Positions 45,461 through 55,188 of a stretch of DNA of 64,000 nt are shown piece after piece. Every line of letters starts with the position of its first letter. Position 1 is the first letter of the stretch. The position numbers and the translations under genes are program-made. The stretch covers positions 704,001 through 768,000 of the forward strand of contig JBEPYN010000001.1 of the NCBI GenBank assembly GCA_041641305.1, in the 5' to 3' direction. The stretch comes from Nitrososphaerota archaeon. GTDB taxonomy: Archaea; Thermoproteota; Nitrososphaeria_A; Caldarchaeales; Caldarchaeaceae. Below the pieces are notes generated by a model. It saw only the letters and a program-made list of their open reading frames with translations. It was not told the DNA's origin and did no database searches.

Positions 45461-48196
45461 TTAGGGTGAATTTTTAGAGATTTTTCGTCTGATTATTTTT
45501 GATGTTTCGACGGCGGTGTAGGTGAATAGTGCGCCTCCGATTATCCATGTTAGGTCTGCTGTGGTGGGTGTTGTGAGGCTTAGGAGCTGTGCGGCTCCGG
45601 GGATTGTGAGGATGGCTGTTATAAGCGCTATTTCCCATGCGATTGCTATGAGCAGCCATTTGTGGGGTTTTGCCTCGAGGTTTGTGTACACGAGGGAGCG
45701 GCAGTTGAGGGCCAGCACAAGCTCGTTGGCGATGAACATGAGGAAAAGCCGTGTCCGCGCATGCTCTATCCCCTCGGGCAACGCTGTCAAATAGCCTATG
45801 AGGTAGAGAGGGGTGGTGACAACCAATATTGTGGCGAGCATGCCGAGCACCTCTCTGTTGAACACGGGCTCGTTTCGCGGGATTGGCTTCCGCTTCATGA
45901 TGTCGGGGTCGGGGGGCGCGAAGCCCAGCGCTATAGCGGGCAACCCGTCGGTCGCGAGGTTGATGTAGAGGATATGGACGGGGAGAAGAGGCAGCGAATC
46001 CTCGCCCCTAAGCCCAAGCAACTCAGCGAAGATAAGCGCAACAGAGGAAATCACGATTATCTCGACGAGGTTCGCCTCGAGCAGATAGGTTAGATATTTT
46101 CGCACGTTCCCATATATCCATCGCCCCAGCTCCACGGCTTTGACGATTGTCGCGAAGTTGTCGTCGGCGAGCATCATGTCCGAAGCCTCTTTCGCAACAT
46201 CTGTCCCCGTTATGCCCATCGAGACACCTATGTCCGCTCTCTTCAGAGCCGGTGCATCGTTTACACCGTCCCCGGTCATGGCGACAACGTATCCCTTTCT
46301 TTTCCAAGCCTCGACGATACGCAGCTTATGCAACGGAGATATTCTGGCGTAGACGACTACTTGTTCGACGATTTTGTCCAGCTCCTCGTCCGAGAGCCTG
46401 TCAAGCTCCTCGCCTGTTAGAACCATGTCTCCTTCCTTCATTATGCCGACTTCGCGGGCGACAGCCACCGCTGTGAGCTTGTGGTCGCCTGTCACCATCA
46501 CTGTCCTGATGCCTGCTTCATGTGCTTTCTTCACCGCGTCGTAGACCTCGGGCCTCGGCGGATCCATCATCCCAACCAACCCAAGAAAAACAAACCCGCT
46601 CTCCTCAAAACCGTCACCAGAATCAGGTTTATGGGCCACAGCCAACACCCTTAAACCCGCGGAGGCCATCTGCTCAGCAACGGAGAGAACCCTGGCCCTC
46701 TCCTGCTTATCAAGCACATGCATCTCCCCTTGCTTGTAAACTGCGTCGCACTTGGTTAAGACAACCTCGACCGCGCCCTTCATGTATCCAGCGACTCCAC
46801 CTCCCTCCACCTTGTGAAACGTTGTCATCATTTTCCTCTCCGAAGTGAACGGAATCTCATACACGCGTGGATGTGTCTTCCTAAGCGCCTCAACATCCCA
46901 GCCCAGCTTCCTCGCAAACAGAATCAAAGCACCCTCTGTCGTATCCCCTCTAACAGTCTCCCGTCCATCGACATCCTCGATTATGGCGTCGTTGCAGAGG
47001 ATGCTTGCCTTCAGTAGATGCTCGAAGGCCGGTGACTGTTTTTCTAAGCTGTCTACGTCGATGAGCTGGTCGTCTACGTAGACTTTTCTGACGGTCATTT
47101 GGTTAGTTGTGAGTGTTCCTGTTTTGTCGAAGCAGATGACCTGTGTGGAGCCGAGTGTCTCTACTGCGGGGAGTCTTCTGACGAGGGCGTTTCTCCGAGC
47201 CATTATGCCTGTTCCGATGGCGAGTGTGCCGGTCACGATGCCGGGAAGTGCTTCGGGAACAACCGCGACAGCAAGCGCGACGGCAAAGAGCAAAACCTCA
47301 ACTATGAAGCTCAGCGAAAAATCTCCCCCGGCCAGCTCGCGGAAAAGCTCCACCGCGAAGATAGCCACTATCACGACCGCGGCTATCACCGCGAACTTTT
47401 TCCCAATCTCATCCATCCTCCTCTCAAGAGGTGTTTTCTCCTCCTCTATCGCAGTGGTTGCCGCCGCTATTTTCCCGAACTCTGTCCTCTGACCCGTGGC
47501 CACGACGACGCCTTTCCCACGTCCATAGGTTACGATTGTTCCTGCGAAGGCCATGTTTACTCTGTCGCCCAGCGGCAGGTTCACTGGGAGAGGCTCAACC
47601 TTTTTCTGCACAGGCGTCGATTCACCCGTCAACGCCGCCTCGTTTGTCTGAAGGTTGATTGACTCAACCAAGCGGAGGTCTGCTGCAACTTTTGTTCCAG
47701 TTGTGAGGATGACGAGGTCTCCGGGGACAAGCTCCTTGTAAGAAATCTCACGTTCTCTCCCATCTCTGACAACCATGACCGACTGTGTGAGCATCTTCTT
47801 GAGAGCCTCTAGTGTTTTCTCGGCACGATATTCCTGCACAAACCCGACGACCGCGACGAAGAAGACGATGACAGCTATTACCAGTGAGTCAACCCATTCG
47901 CCGAAAAAAGCCGATATAACGATGGCTATGAGCAGTATCCCGATGAGTATGTTGGCGAATTGTTTTAGGAAGATTTTGATGGGCGAGGTTTTCTTCGGCG
48001 GCTCGAGCTCGTTAGGGCCGTATGTCTTAAGCCGGCTCGCTGCTTCTTCGCTCGATAACCCGTTTACAGAGTCTGTGCCAAGCCTCGCAACAACCTCCTC
48101 CACCGGCAAACTATGCCAACCCACTTCTTCGGCGATTGCTTGAGACAAGGGCTTCTGAAAGGGCGCTTTCACCCCTCTATAAAATGCTATTACCAA
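45461..48196 (-). CDS. P-type cation (Ca2+-like, type IIA) ATPase
   Basis: TGES, PEALP, DKTGT, KGA, MVTGD, GDGVND. Confidence 0.95.
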   Translation of the reverse strand: MVIAFYRGVKAPFQKPLSQAIAEEVGWHSLPVEEVVARLGTDSVNGLSSEEAASRLKTYGPNELEPPKKTSPIKIFLKQFANILIGILLIAIVISAFFGEWVDSLVIAVIVFFVAVVGFVQEYRAEKTLEALKKMLTQSVMVVRDGREREISYKELVPGDLVILTTGTKVAADLRLVESINLQTNEAALTGESTPVQKKVEPLPVNLPLGDRVNMAFAGTIVTYGRGKGVVVATGQRTEFGKIAAATTAIEEEKTPLERRMDEIGKKFAVIAAVVIVAIFAVELFRELAGGDFSLSFIVEVLLFAVALAVAVVPEALPGIVTGTLAIGTGIMARRNALVRRLPAVETLGSTQVICFDKTGTLTTNQMTVRKVYVDDQLIDVDSLEKQSPAFEHLLKASILCNDAIIEDVDGRETVRGDTTEGALILFARKLGWDVEALRKTHPRVYEIPFTSERKMMTTFHKVEGGGVAGYMKGAVEVVLTKCDAVYKQGEMHVLDKQERARVLSVAEQMASAGLRVLAVAHKPDSGDGFEESGFVFLGLVGMMDPPRPEVYDAVKKAHEAGIRTVMVTGDHKLTAVAVAREVGIMKEGDMVLTGEELDRLSDEELDKIVEQVVVYARISPLHKLRIVEAWKRKGYVVAMTGDGVNDAPALKRADIGVSMGITGTDVAKEASDMMLADDNFATIVKAVELGRWIYGNVRKYLTYLLEANLVEIIVISSVALIFAELLGLRGEDSLPLLPVHILYINLATDGLPAIALGFAPPDPDIMKRKPIPRNEPVFNREVLGMLATILVVTTPLYLIGYLTALPEGIEHARTRLFLMFIANELVLALNCRSLVYTNLEAKPHKWLLIAIAWEIALITAILTIPGAAQLLSLTTPTTADLTWIIGGALFTYTAVETSKIIRRKISKNSP

Positions 48197-48276
48197 ATTA
48201 AGCTATTTAACATGGCTCAACGGATTTATTGCTGGTTAGCTTGGCTGTTTGTCTTTCGTAGCTGGTTGGTTGGCTG

Positions 48277-49542
48277 GTGTCGTTTATGTCTCTGAGACGG
48301 GATTCTGTTTCACTGTATCAGTTTAGGCGTTTGCTAGAGACTATTGAGAGGCTTGAGGGCCGGGGCACGGAGCTTGTCACCCTCTATGTCCCTCCTGACA
48401 AATCCATATCCGATGTCATCAACTATCTCAGGCAGGAGTATGCCACCGCCTCTAACATCAAGTCGAAGCAGACGCGGAAAAATGTCCAAGACGCTATCGA
48501 GAGCGCTATTCAGCGGCTTAAGCTCTTCGACAGCCCGGGGCCAACCGGCCTCGTCATATTCAGCGGAGCCATTCCCCAGAACAGCGGCCAGACAAGCAAG
48601 ATAGAGGTTTACCATGTGATACCGCCGGAGCCGATAACCACTTTCCTCTACAGATGCGACAGCCGGTTTCACACCGAGCCGCTCAAAGAGCTCCTTCGCG
48701 AAAAAGCTGTCTACGGGGTGATTGTGATAGATAACGAGGAGGCCGCTGTAGCGGTGGTTAAGGGCCGCAGCATCTCCGAGCTGAAGACATACACCTCAGG
48801 CGTGCCTGGTAAACATCATGCAGGCGGACAGTCCGCGAGAAGGTTCGAGAGACTCCGGGAAATGACGCTCAACGAATTCTATAAACGCGTCGCCGAAAAA
48901 GCCAACGAAACCTTCCTACAGTACCCAGAGCTGAAAGGGGTGATTTTAGCGGGCCCGGGGCCCACCAAAGAGGTTTTCGCACAGGGCGATTATCTTCACT
49001 ACTCGCTCCGCGACAAAATCCACATCGTCGACACCTCCTACTCCGGGGAAAGCGGTGTAAGAGAGGCGGTGGCCAAGTCGGCTGATTTCTTGAAGGAGGT
49101 GAGGATGGTTGAGGAGCAGCGGCTTATTCAGCGGCTGATGTCGGAGGCGACACGGGCCGATGGCTTGGCGGTGTATGGTGAGAAGCAGGTCCGCGAAGCC
49201 CTCCGCAAAAACATGGTTGAGCTTCTACTCATCTCAGAGGACCTTGACAGGCTTGAGGTTAAGATAAGGTGTCAAAACTGCGGCTACGAAACAGTCTTCA
49301 CAATAGACTCGGGGGAGCTTTCGACAGAGGTGCCTAAGAAGCTCGCCGAGAAATGTCCCAGCTGCCAGAACCAGACTCTCACCCTCGCCGAAACCACTCC
49401 GCTGATAGATAAGCTGATTGCGGAGGCGGAGAACGTGAATGCCAAGGTTGAGCTGATCTCGTCGGAGCACGAGGAGGGGGAGATGTTCAAGAAAGCCTTC
49501 AGCGGGGTGGCAGGTTTTCTGCGACACCGTGGAGGCTACTGA
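48277..49542 (+). CDS. prf1: Peptide chain release factor aRF1
   Basis: NIKS, YRCDSRF, GGQSARRF; zinc-ribbon insert. Confidence 0.97.
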   Translation: MSFMSLRRDSVSLYQFRRLLETIERLEGRGTELVTLYVPPDKSISDVINYLRQEYATASNIKSKQTRKNVQDAIESAIQRLKLFDSPGPTGLVIFSGAIPQNSGQTSKIEVYHVIPPEPITTFLYRCDSRFHTEPLKELLREKAVYGVIVIDNEEAAVAVVKGRSISELKTYTSGVPGKHHAGGQSARRFERLREMTLNEFYKRVAEKANETFLQYPELKGVILAGPGPTKEVFAQGDYLHYSLRDKIHIVDTSYSGESGVREAVAKSADFLKEVRMVEEQRLIQRLMSEATRADGLAVYGEKQVREALRKNMVELLLISEDLDRLEVKIRCQNCGYETVFTIDSGELSTEVPKKLAEKCPSCQNQTLTLAETTPLIDKLIAEAENVNAKVELISSEHEEGEMFKKAFSGVAGFLRHRGGY

Positions 49543-49891
49543 GTTGGATGAGAAGAGCTACATCGCGGTAGCCGACACCGTGCGGCTCAAGCTGGTTCAC
49601 GTCACAAAAGCTGAGCCGGAAGCATCTATTGGAAAGGATGAGCTTGAGAGATTCCCCCAGCTTCTCGACGCTCTGCAAAAAGCCAAAAACACTGCGTCGA
49701 CGACAATTTACCCAGGTGAGTTCGAGGCCCTCAACCCCGCACCCGTCGTCGTCACACTCTCGAAACAGGATGCGGAAAAATTCGTTGAACTTGTTAAACG
49801 TAAAACCAGCGTCAGCCTCTACAAACGGGCTGTGAAAATAGGGGTTGACGGCGATGTCTTCATCGTAGCGGTTGAGCATCACTGCGGCTAA
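49529..49891 (+). CDS. Hypothetical protein
   Basis: 120-aa ORF overlapping the aRF1 stop, coding-like composition. Confidence 0.55.
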   Translation: MEATELDEKSYIAVADTVRLKLVHVTKAEPEASIGKDELERFPQLLDALQKAKNTASTTIYPGEFEALNPAPVVVTLSKQDAEKFVELVKRKTSVSLYKRAVKIGVDGDVFIVAVEHHCG

Positions 49892-50646
49892 GGTTTTCCA
49901 TGGATGATTTCCAGCAGGTCCTTGGTTATTCGGCCGGGGTCGGGGTGCTGGAAAATGTTTCGGCCCATGGCTGCACCAGCTCCTCCGACGGATACGCTTT
50001 CTCGAACCATTTGAAGAACCTGCTGCTCCGACTCTATTTTCTCGCCGCCTAGAACCACGACGGGGACGGGGCATGTCTCGACAACATGTCTGAAGCTCGC
50101 GGGGTCTCCGGTGTAAACAGTTTTAACAAAATCACCGCCATATTCGGCACCTATCCGCGCCATCTTAGCCACCTCCTCGGGCGAGGGCCTTGACACAGGA
50201 TACATTTCGGCGAGAACAGGCAACCCGTATTCGCGGCAAGCCATGTTAACCGCCCAGAGGATATCCAAGTCCCGTTTCATGTTCTCGGAGCCGTAGCTGA
50301 TGTAGACTTTGACGGCGTCCGCGGCAACAGCAACAGCCGATGCGACACTCCTCTCAACGGTGTATGGGGATGTGTCCAGAAGAGTGAGTATCCACCCCAA
50401 GTTTTTGCGGGAAACAGAGGCCGCGTAGTTCTTCATTATGCCGTAGGTTGCCATCACGGCGTCAACACCTGCGCCAACGACCTTCTCCAAAACCTCGAGA
50501 GGCTTCTCGACACCTTTTACAGGGCCCATGAAAAACCCGTGGTCTATAGCAAAAATCAACGCGCGGCCATCTTCGCGGAAAACCCGGCCCAACCGTAGCC
50601 TCACACCCGTGTAATCCATGGCTGTTGGATATGTTCGCCTGGTCAT
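49888..50646 (-). CDS. Class I aldolase, DhnA/FbaB/LsrF family
   Basis: AIDHG, GGDFVKTVY Schiff-base Lys, VLGG, MGRNIFQ. Confidence 0.88.
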   Translation of the reverse strand: MTRRTYPTAMDYTGVRLRLGRVFREDGRALIFAIDHGFFMGPVKGVEKPLEVLEKVVGAGVDAVMATYGIMKNYAASVSRKNLGWILTLLDTSPYTVERSVASAVAVAADAVKVYISYGSENMKRDLDILWAVNMACREYGLPVLAEMYPVSRPSPEEVAKMARIGAEYGGDFVKTVYTGDPASFRHVVETCPVPVVVLGGEKIESEQQVLQMVRESVSVGGAGAAMGRNIFQHPDPGRITKDLLEIIHGKP

Positions 50647-50748
50647 ATGTTTTCCACGTCACATCTCTGCCTCACCGTGTTTAGAAAAGGCCTCTGTTGT
50701 CGGCATCGTGGTAAAATTGTGGTTGTTGGATGCTTTTTGAAGGGCTAG

Positions 50749-51441
50749 ATGTTGAAAGCGGTTTTGTTCGATTTCGATAACACGTTGGTGGATTCGGCTG
50801 CGGTCCTTCCTGTGGCGCAGAGGCGTGTCGCAGAGGAGATTGTCGCCTATTATGGTGGCTCTCTTGATGTTGAGGAGGTTGCACGTGTTGTTGCATGGGT
50901 TGAGCATGTGGTTGAGCGGCAGGGGCTTCTGAACAGGGACCTCATATGGGAGCATGTGTTTCAAAGCCTCGGGCTAAACAATTCACCTCCCGAGGATCAG
51001 CTACGCAGATGGAGCAGCATATACTGGACCGAATACATGAAGGGCCCTCTTTTCCCCGACGCCGTCGCTGTCTTGGAGAAGCTGCAAAACAGGTATGTGT
51101 TGGGTATGGTGACGAACACGGATGGTTTGCCTGGGATGAAGATGCACAGGCTTATGAGAAGCGGGGTTTTCAGGTTCTTCAAGGCCGTGGTAGTGGCCGG
51201 TGAAGATGTTCCCGAAATCAAGCCAAGCCCGAGGCCTTTTCTGCATGCCGCCCAGCTCCTCGGCGCAAAACCTCAGGAATGTATCATGGTTGGAGACGAC
51301 CCCGTCAACGACGTGCTCGGCGCAAAATCCGCCGGAATGGCCGCGGTCCTCCTCGACAGACACGGCGACAAACCCTGCCCAGTCAAACCAGACTACGTCG
51401 TGAAAAGTCTCACAGAGCTTCTGGAATTGCTGGATGCATGA
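50749..51441 (+). CDS. HAD-superfamily hydrolase
   Basis: FDFDNTL, VTN, KPSP, VGDD..ND. Confidence 0.92.
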   Translation: MLKAVLFDFDNTLVDSAAVLPVAQRRVAEEIVAYYGGSLDVEEVARVVAWVEHVVERQGLLNRDLIWEHVFQSLGLNNSPPEDQLRRWSSIYWTEYMKGPLFPDAVAVLEKLQNRYVLGMVTNTDGLPGMKMHRLMRSGVFRFFKAVVVAGEDVPEIKPSPRPFLHAAQLLGAKPQECIMVGDDPVNDVLGAKSAGMAAVLLDRHGDKPCPVKPDYVVKSLTELLELLDA

Positions 51442-51496
51442 GTTGTGGAAAACTTTTTACCCCGGCTGAATCCGTTGTCTCAACGGGTGAGCTAAG

Positions 51497-53170
51497 CTAC
51501 AGAAGTGGGTTGTCTGCGGGGCCTGGCCCTATATCAACACAGTTCCACACCTCGGCACACTCATAGGCTCCGAGCTTTCAGCCGACGTTTTCGCACGCTA
51601 CCTCAGGGCCAAGGGCTACAGAGTTGTCTTTGTCAGCGGCTCTGACGAGCATGGCACACCCATCGAGGTTGAGGCGGCCAAGAGAGGAGTAGACCCACGC
51701 GAAATAACCGACAAAAACCACGCCATCGTCGTCGACCTCTTCAACAAGTTCCACATCTCCTTCGACAACTACACCCGGACACACAACCCAACACACATAA
51801 CCTTCTGCCAAAAATTCTTCAGGAAAATATACGAAAACGGATACATCTACGAGGAGGATGTCAGCCAGCTCTACTGCAGAAACTGTGGAAGGTTTCTGCC
51901 CGACAGGTTTGTTACAGGTGTTTGCCCTTCATGCGGCTACCAACGTGCACGCGGCGACCAGTGCGAGTCATGCGGAAAAGTCCTCGACCCACTTGACCTA
52001 CTCGAGCCACGGTGCAGCATCTGCGGCGAAAAACCCGTCGTAGAATCGAGCAGGCACTGGTTCTTCGACTTGCCCCGGTTTAGCGAAAGGTTGAGAGAAT
52101 GGCTGAACACAAACACTTTTTTGTCTGAGAAGGTGCGGAACTTCAGCCTCAGCTGGATAAGGGAGGGCCTTAAGCCAAGGGCCGTTACACGTGACAACCT
52201 CTGGGGCATTCCCGCACCTTTCCCAGGCGCGGGCAACAAAACCATCTACGTATGGTTTGAGGCGGTGCTAGGCTACGTGAGCGCAACGGTTGAATGGGCG
52301 GAGAAGAGGGGGGAGCCCGAGCTCTGGAGAGAGTTCTGGCTAAGCCCAGACACGAGGTCAGCCTATTTCATCGGCAAAGACAACATACCCTTCCACACAG
52401 TCATCCTCCCCGCCCTCCTCCTCGCAACACATGAGCCATACATCCTCCCACACATAGTCTCGGCCACAGAATACCTCACTTTCGAGGGCAAAAAATTCTC
52501 CAAAAGCCTCGGCGTAGGAATATGGCTCGACCAAGCCATCGCCATGCTCGAAGCCGACATCTGGCGATACTACCTCATCAAGATAAGGCCCGAAACAGGT
52601 GACACAAACTTCAGCTACGATGGGCTGCAGGCGGTTGTCAACTCCGACCTCAACAACGACCTCGGCAACTTCGTCCACCGCGTCCTCACATTCATAAACA
52701 ACAACTTCGACGGAAAAATCCCCGAAGCAACAGATTTGACAGAAGAAGACAAGGCGATGCTGACGGCGATAGAGAAGACATTCAACGAGGTGGATAGCCT
52801 TCTCTCTGAAGCGAGGGAGAAACAGGCCCTCGAAACAGTCATCCAACTCGCCCGCGAAGGAAACGTCTACTTCAACAGGCGGGAGCCATGGCGGCTCGTC
52901 AAGACGAGGAAAGAAGAGGCCGCAACGGTTCTTCACGTGGCTGCACAAGTTTTGAAAGCTCTCGCCCTGCTCCTGTCACCTTTCACACCCGCCACCACGC
53001 ACAGGATACTCGAGCTAATAGGCCAGCGCGAAACAGCTCTAACATGGCTTGGTGAAAAACCATGGCACCTCCCAGCGGGCACACCCATAGCCAAGCCTGT
53101 CCCCCTATTCGAGAAACTCAGCGAAGAGAAGCTCAACGCAATACGTGCAGGCGCTTCATCCGCTCACTGA
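51497..53170 (+). CDS. metG: Methionyl-tRNA synthetase (557 aa); no canonical start, probable CTA start
   Basis: Frame open from 51491: (L)QKWVVCGAWPYINTVPHLGT...SGSDEHG, Zn knuckles, KFSKS; ORF track starts only at internal TTG 52070. Confidence 0.93.
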   Translation, partial: LQKWVVCGAWPYINTVPHLGTLIGSELSADVFARYLRAKGYRVVFVSGSDEHGTPIEVEAAKRGVDPREITDKNHAIVVDLFNKFHISFDNYTRTHNPTHITFCQKFFRKIYENGYIYEEDVSQLYCRNCGRFLPDRFVTGVCPSCGYQRARGDQCESCGKVLDPLDLLEPRCSICGEKPVVESSRHWFFDLPRFSERLREWLNTNTFLSEKVRNFSLSWIREGLKPRAVTRDNLWGIPAPFPGAGNKTIYVWFEAVLGYVSATVEWAEKRGEPELWREFWLSPDTRSAYFIGKDNIPFHTVILPALLLATHEPYILPHIVSATEYLTFEGKKFSKSLGVGIWLDQAIAMLEADIWRYYLIKIRPETGDTNFSYDGLQAVVNSDLNNDLGNFVHRVLTFINNNFDGKIPEATDLTEEDKAMLTAIEKTFNEVDSLLSEAREKQALETVIQLAREGNVYFNRREPWRLVKTRKEEAATVLHVAAQVLKALALLLSPFTPATTHRILELIGQRETALTWLGEKPWHLPAGTPIAKPVPLFEKLSEEKLNAIRAGASSAH

Positions 53171-53427
53171 AAAGCGAGCGTTACCTCCCCGTCTCTCATC
53201 TCGATAACGAGTTTGGCCTTGCCGCGGCTCTCAGCCGCTATGCTTGAGGGAAGCGTTGCACGGCCGTAGCGGTCCAGCTTAAGAGAATGCTTGCCTCCGC
53301 CGTAGCTGACCTTTATTGTCTTGCCTTTCCCCGCCAACAACGGGATAACCGCCTGAGGCAGCCTTATTTTTCCATACTTTGTCAGGGTCGGCGGAATTTC
53401 TGACTCAAGCCGCAGGAAAACCTTCAC
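53164..53427 (-). CDS. AbrB/MazE-like swapped-hairpin protein (internally duplicated)
   Basis: LTKYGKIRLP and LDRYGRATLP repeats. Confidence 0.6.
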   Translation of the reverse strand: MKVFLRLESEIPPTLTKYGKIRLPQAVIPLLAGKGKTIKVSYGGGKHSLKLDRYGRATLPSSIAAESRGKAKLVIEMRDGEVTLAFQ

Positions 53428-53571
53428 AAGAGGAGAAACGTGTAGGAGGGTAATTAAAGGTTACTGATGCGTCTAAAAGCCTGTCGAGGAAAATTTTACC
53501 ATAATACATCAAGACCCGATACGGCAAAGCAGGAGCAACGATTCATCGATGGGAAAGTAGGCTGAGGGGAT

Positions 53572-54339
53572 GTGGTTATGCATTTTTATGTTTATTTGTT
53601 GGTGATGTGTGCTGGGATGTGGTTGAGCTCCGTTTCAGCTAATGTGAAAGAGGTTTCTGAGGCTGTCTCCATCTTTGATGAGGTGAGAAACGTGGGAGCC
53701 GTTGATGAGGGTTTCACGGTTTTCACGTGCAGCAATAAGGCGGCGGTCGGTCGTCTGAAGCCGGTGAAAGAGGGCGGCCTCTGGTTTGCTGTGCTTGTTT
53801 ATCCGAGGCAGAGTGCGACGACGTCTCCCCTGCTAATCCTGACCACTGCGTTATCGGTTGTGGAAGGCGTGGCCAAGACGACCGGGCTTCAACCTCTTCT
53901 CAGATGGCCCAACGAAGTCTCCCTACATGGCTCGGTTGTCGCAGCTGCCTCTGTTGAGATGGAGGTTGTCAACGACACGATAGCAAGAGCTTTCGCCGGC
54001 GCAGGCATTTACGTCAACTCAAAACCCACGGAGCATGAAACCTCGATAGCCGAGCAGGCCGGCGGAGAAATCGACCACATGCTTCTCCTCGAGAACATTC
54101 TCCAATCTTTCACGAGGAATTATCATCTCTATAAGGAGGGATGGCGCGTTGAGCTGCTGGACAAGATAAGGGACATGCTGGAGTATGTGCGGACGGTTGT
54201 GTCAGTCAACCTGTCACAGGGCACCCAGCTCATCGGGTTTCTCGAAGGCCTCGACGAGCTAGGACGCCTAATCCTCCGCGTCGACCAGGAAAGAATACCA
54301 CTGGCCCCCGCCGACGTCGAATCCGTTACCTTGTTTTAG
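53572..54339 (+). CDS. Divergent biotin-protein-ligase-like protein
   Basis: GGLWFAVL, RWPNEV, GAGIYVN, C-terminal GLDELGRLIL SH3-like domain; catalytic motifs degenerate. Confidence 0.65.
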   Translation: MVMHFYVYLLVMCAGMWLSSVSANVKEVSEAVSIFDEVRNVGAVDEGFTVFTCSNKAAVGRLKPVKEGGLWFAVLVYPRQSATTSPLLILTTALSVVEGVAKTTGLQPLLRWPNEVSLHGSVVAAASVEMEVVNDTIARAFAGAGIYVNSKPTEHETSIAEQAGGEIDHMLLLENILQSFTRNYHLYKEGWRVELLDKIRDMLEYVRTVVSVNLSQGTQLIGFLEGLDELGRLILRVDQERIPLAPADVESVTLF

Positions 54340-54373
54340 AAACGTTTTTCAACAGCTTTACCAAGGCTTTTGC

Positions 54374-55087
54374 ATGGTTCAGCCACAGCATTTGAAGACC
54401 CGTGAAATTGCTAAACGTGTCGTCGCAGCCGGCGACCCAGCACGTGTTGTCCAGCTCTCGAAGATGCTTGAGAACCCGCGTCTCGTCAACGAGAACAGAG
54501 GCTTCATAGCCTATACCGGAAAGTATGAGGGCGAGGATGTTACCGTCATCTGCCATGGGGTCGGCGGCCCCTCTTCAGCGATTGTTTTCGAGGAAGCAGT
54601 TATGCTCGGCGCGAGGCTGATCATCAGACTCGGCTCATGCGGCGCATTTCTCAAAGGTATGCAAATCGGTGAAGCAGTCATCCCCACAGCAGCATCCTAC
54701 ATAGGTGGAACACTTCAGCAATACATTCCAGACACACACATCACACCCGTGCCAAACTATGATGTCCTCACCACATTGGTTGACGAGTTTAGGCGAAGCG
54801 GGCTCAAGACATACATCGGCCCCGTTTTCTCCAGCGACGCCTTCTACGCCGAAGACCCCAACTTCGTCGCAAGATGGAGCGGCCTCGGGTACATAGCTGT
54901 TGAGATGGAGTGTGCAACGCTCTTCGGCCTCGGAATGCTCCGAAAATTCAAAACAGGCTCAGCTCTACTGATAAGCGATAACCTAGCAGAAATGACGCCC
55001 ATGGTCGACGCAGAACAGCTAAAAACCTATGTAGAGAAAGCGGGACGCGCCACATTATCAGCGGCCGTGAAAATTCCATTAGAATGA
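54374..55087 (+). CDS. deoD: Purine nucleoside phosphorylase (hexameric, DeoD/MTAP I type)
   Basis: GDPAR, HGVGGPS, IRLGSCG, FSSDAFY, VEME. Confidence 0.88.
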   Translation: MVQPQHLKTREIAKRVVAAGDPARVVQLSKMLENPRLVNENRGFIAYTGKYEGEDVTVICHGVGGPSSAIVFEEAVMLGARLIIRLGSCGAFLKGMQIGEAVIPTAASYIGGTLQQYIPDTHITPVPNYDVLTTLVDEFRRSGLKTYIGPVFSSDAFYAEDPNFVARWSGLGYIAVEMECATLFGLGMLRKFKTGSALLISDNLAEMTPMVDAEQLKTYVEKAGRATLSAAVKIPLE

Positions 55088-55188
55088 TTGTTCTAAACAG
55101 GCGCCGCCGATTTTAGAACCATTTCTCGGTTTATTCCGAACATCATGCGGTAGAGATGCCTTATTAGGTCCTGTGCGGCGGAGCCTTC

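Noticed and set aside
45310-45480. Possible small gene (IKILIEVELRGR... / LSVEAVREFAEKIHELNL)
   Set aside because: Broken by frameshift and stop with no clear start; at best an unassignable remnant.
51467-51490. Selenocysteine or readthrough of the TGA just upstream of metG
   Set aside because: A second in-frame TGA lies at 51467 with no start codon between the two, and MetRS homology begins after the stop.
53430-53571. Second C/D sRNA in the abrB-like/BPL-like intergenic region
   Set aside because: Scattered CTGA/GATGA words lack correct box order, spacing and terminal stem.
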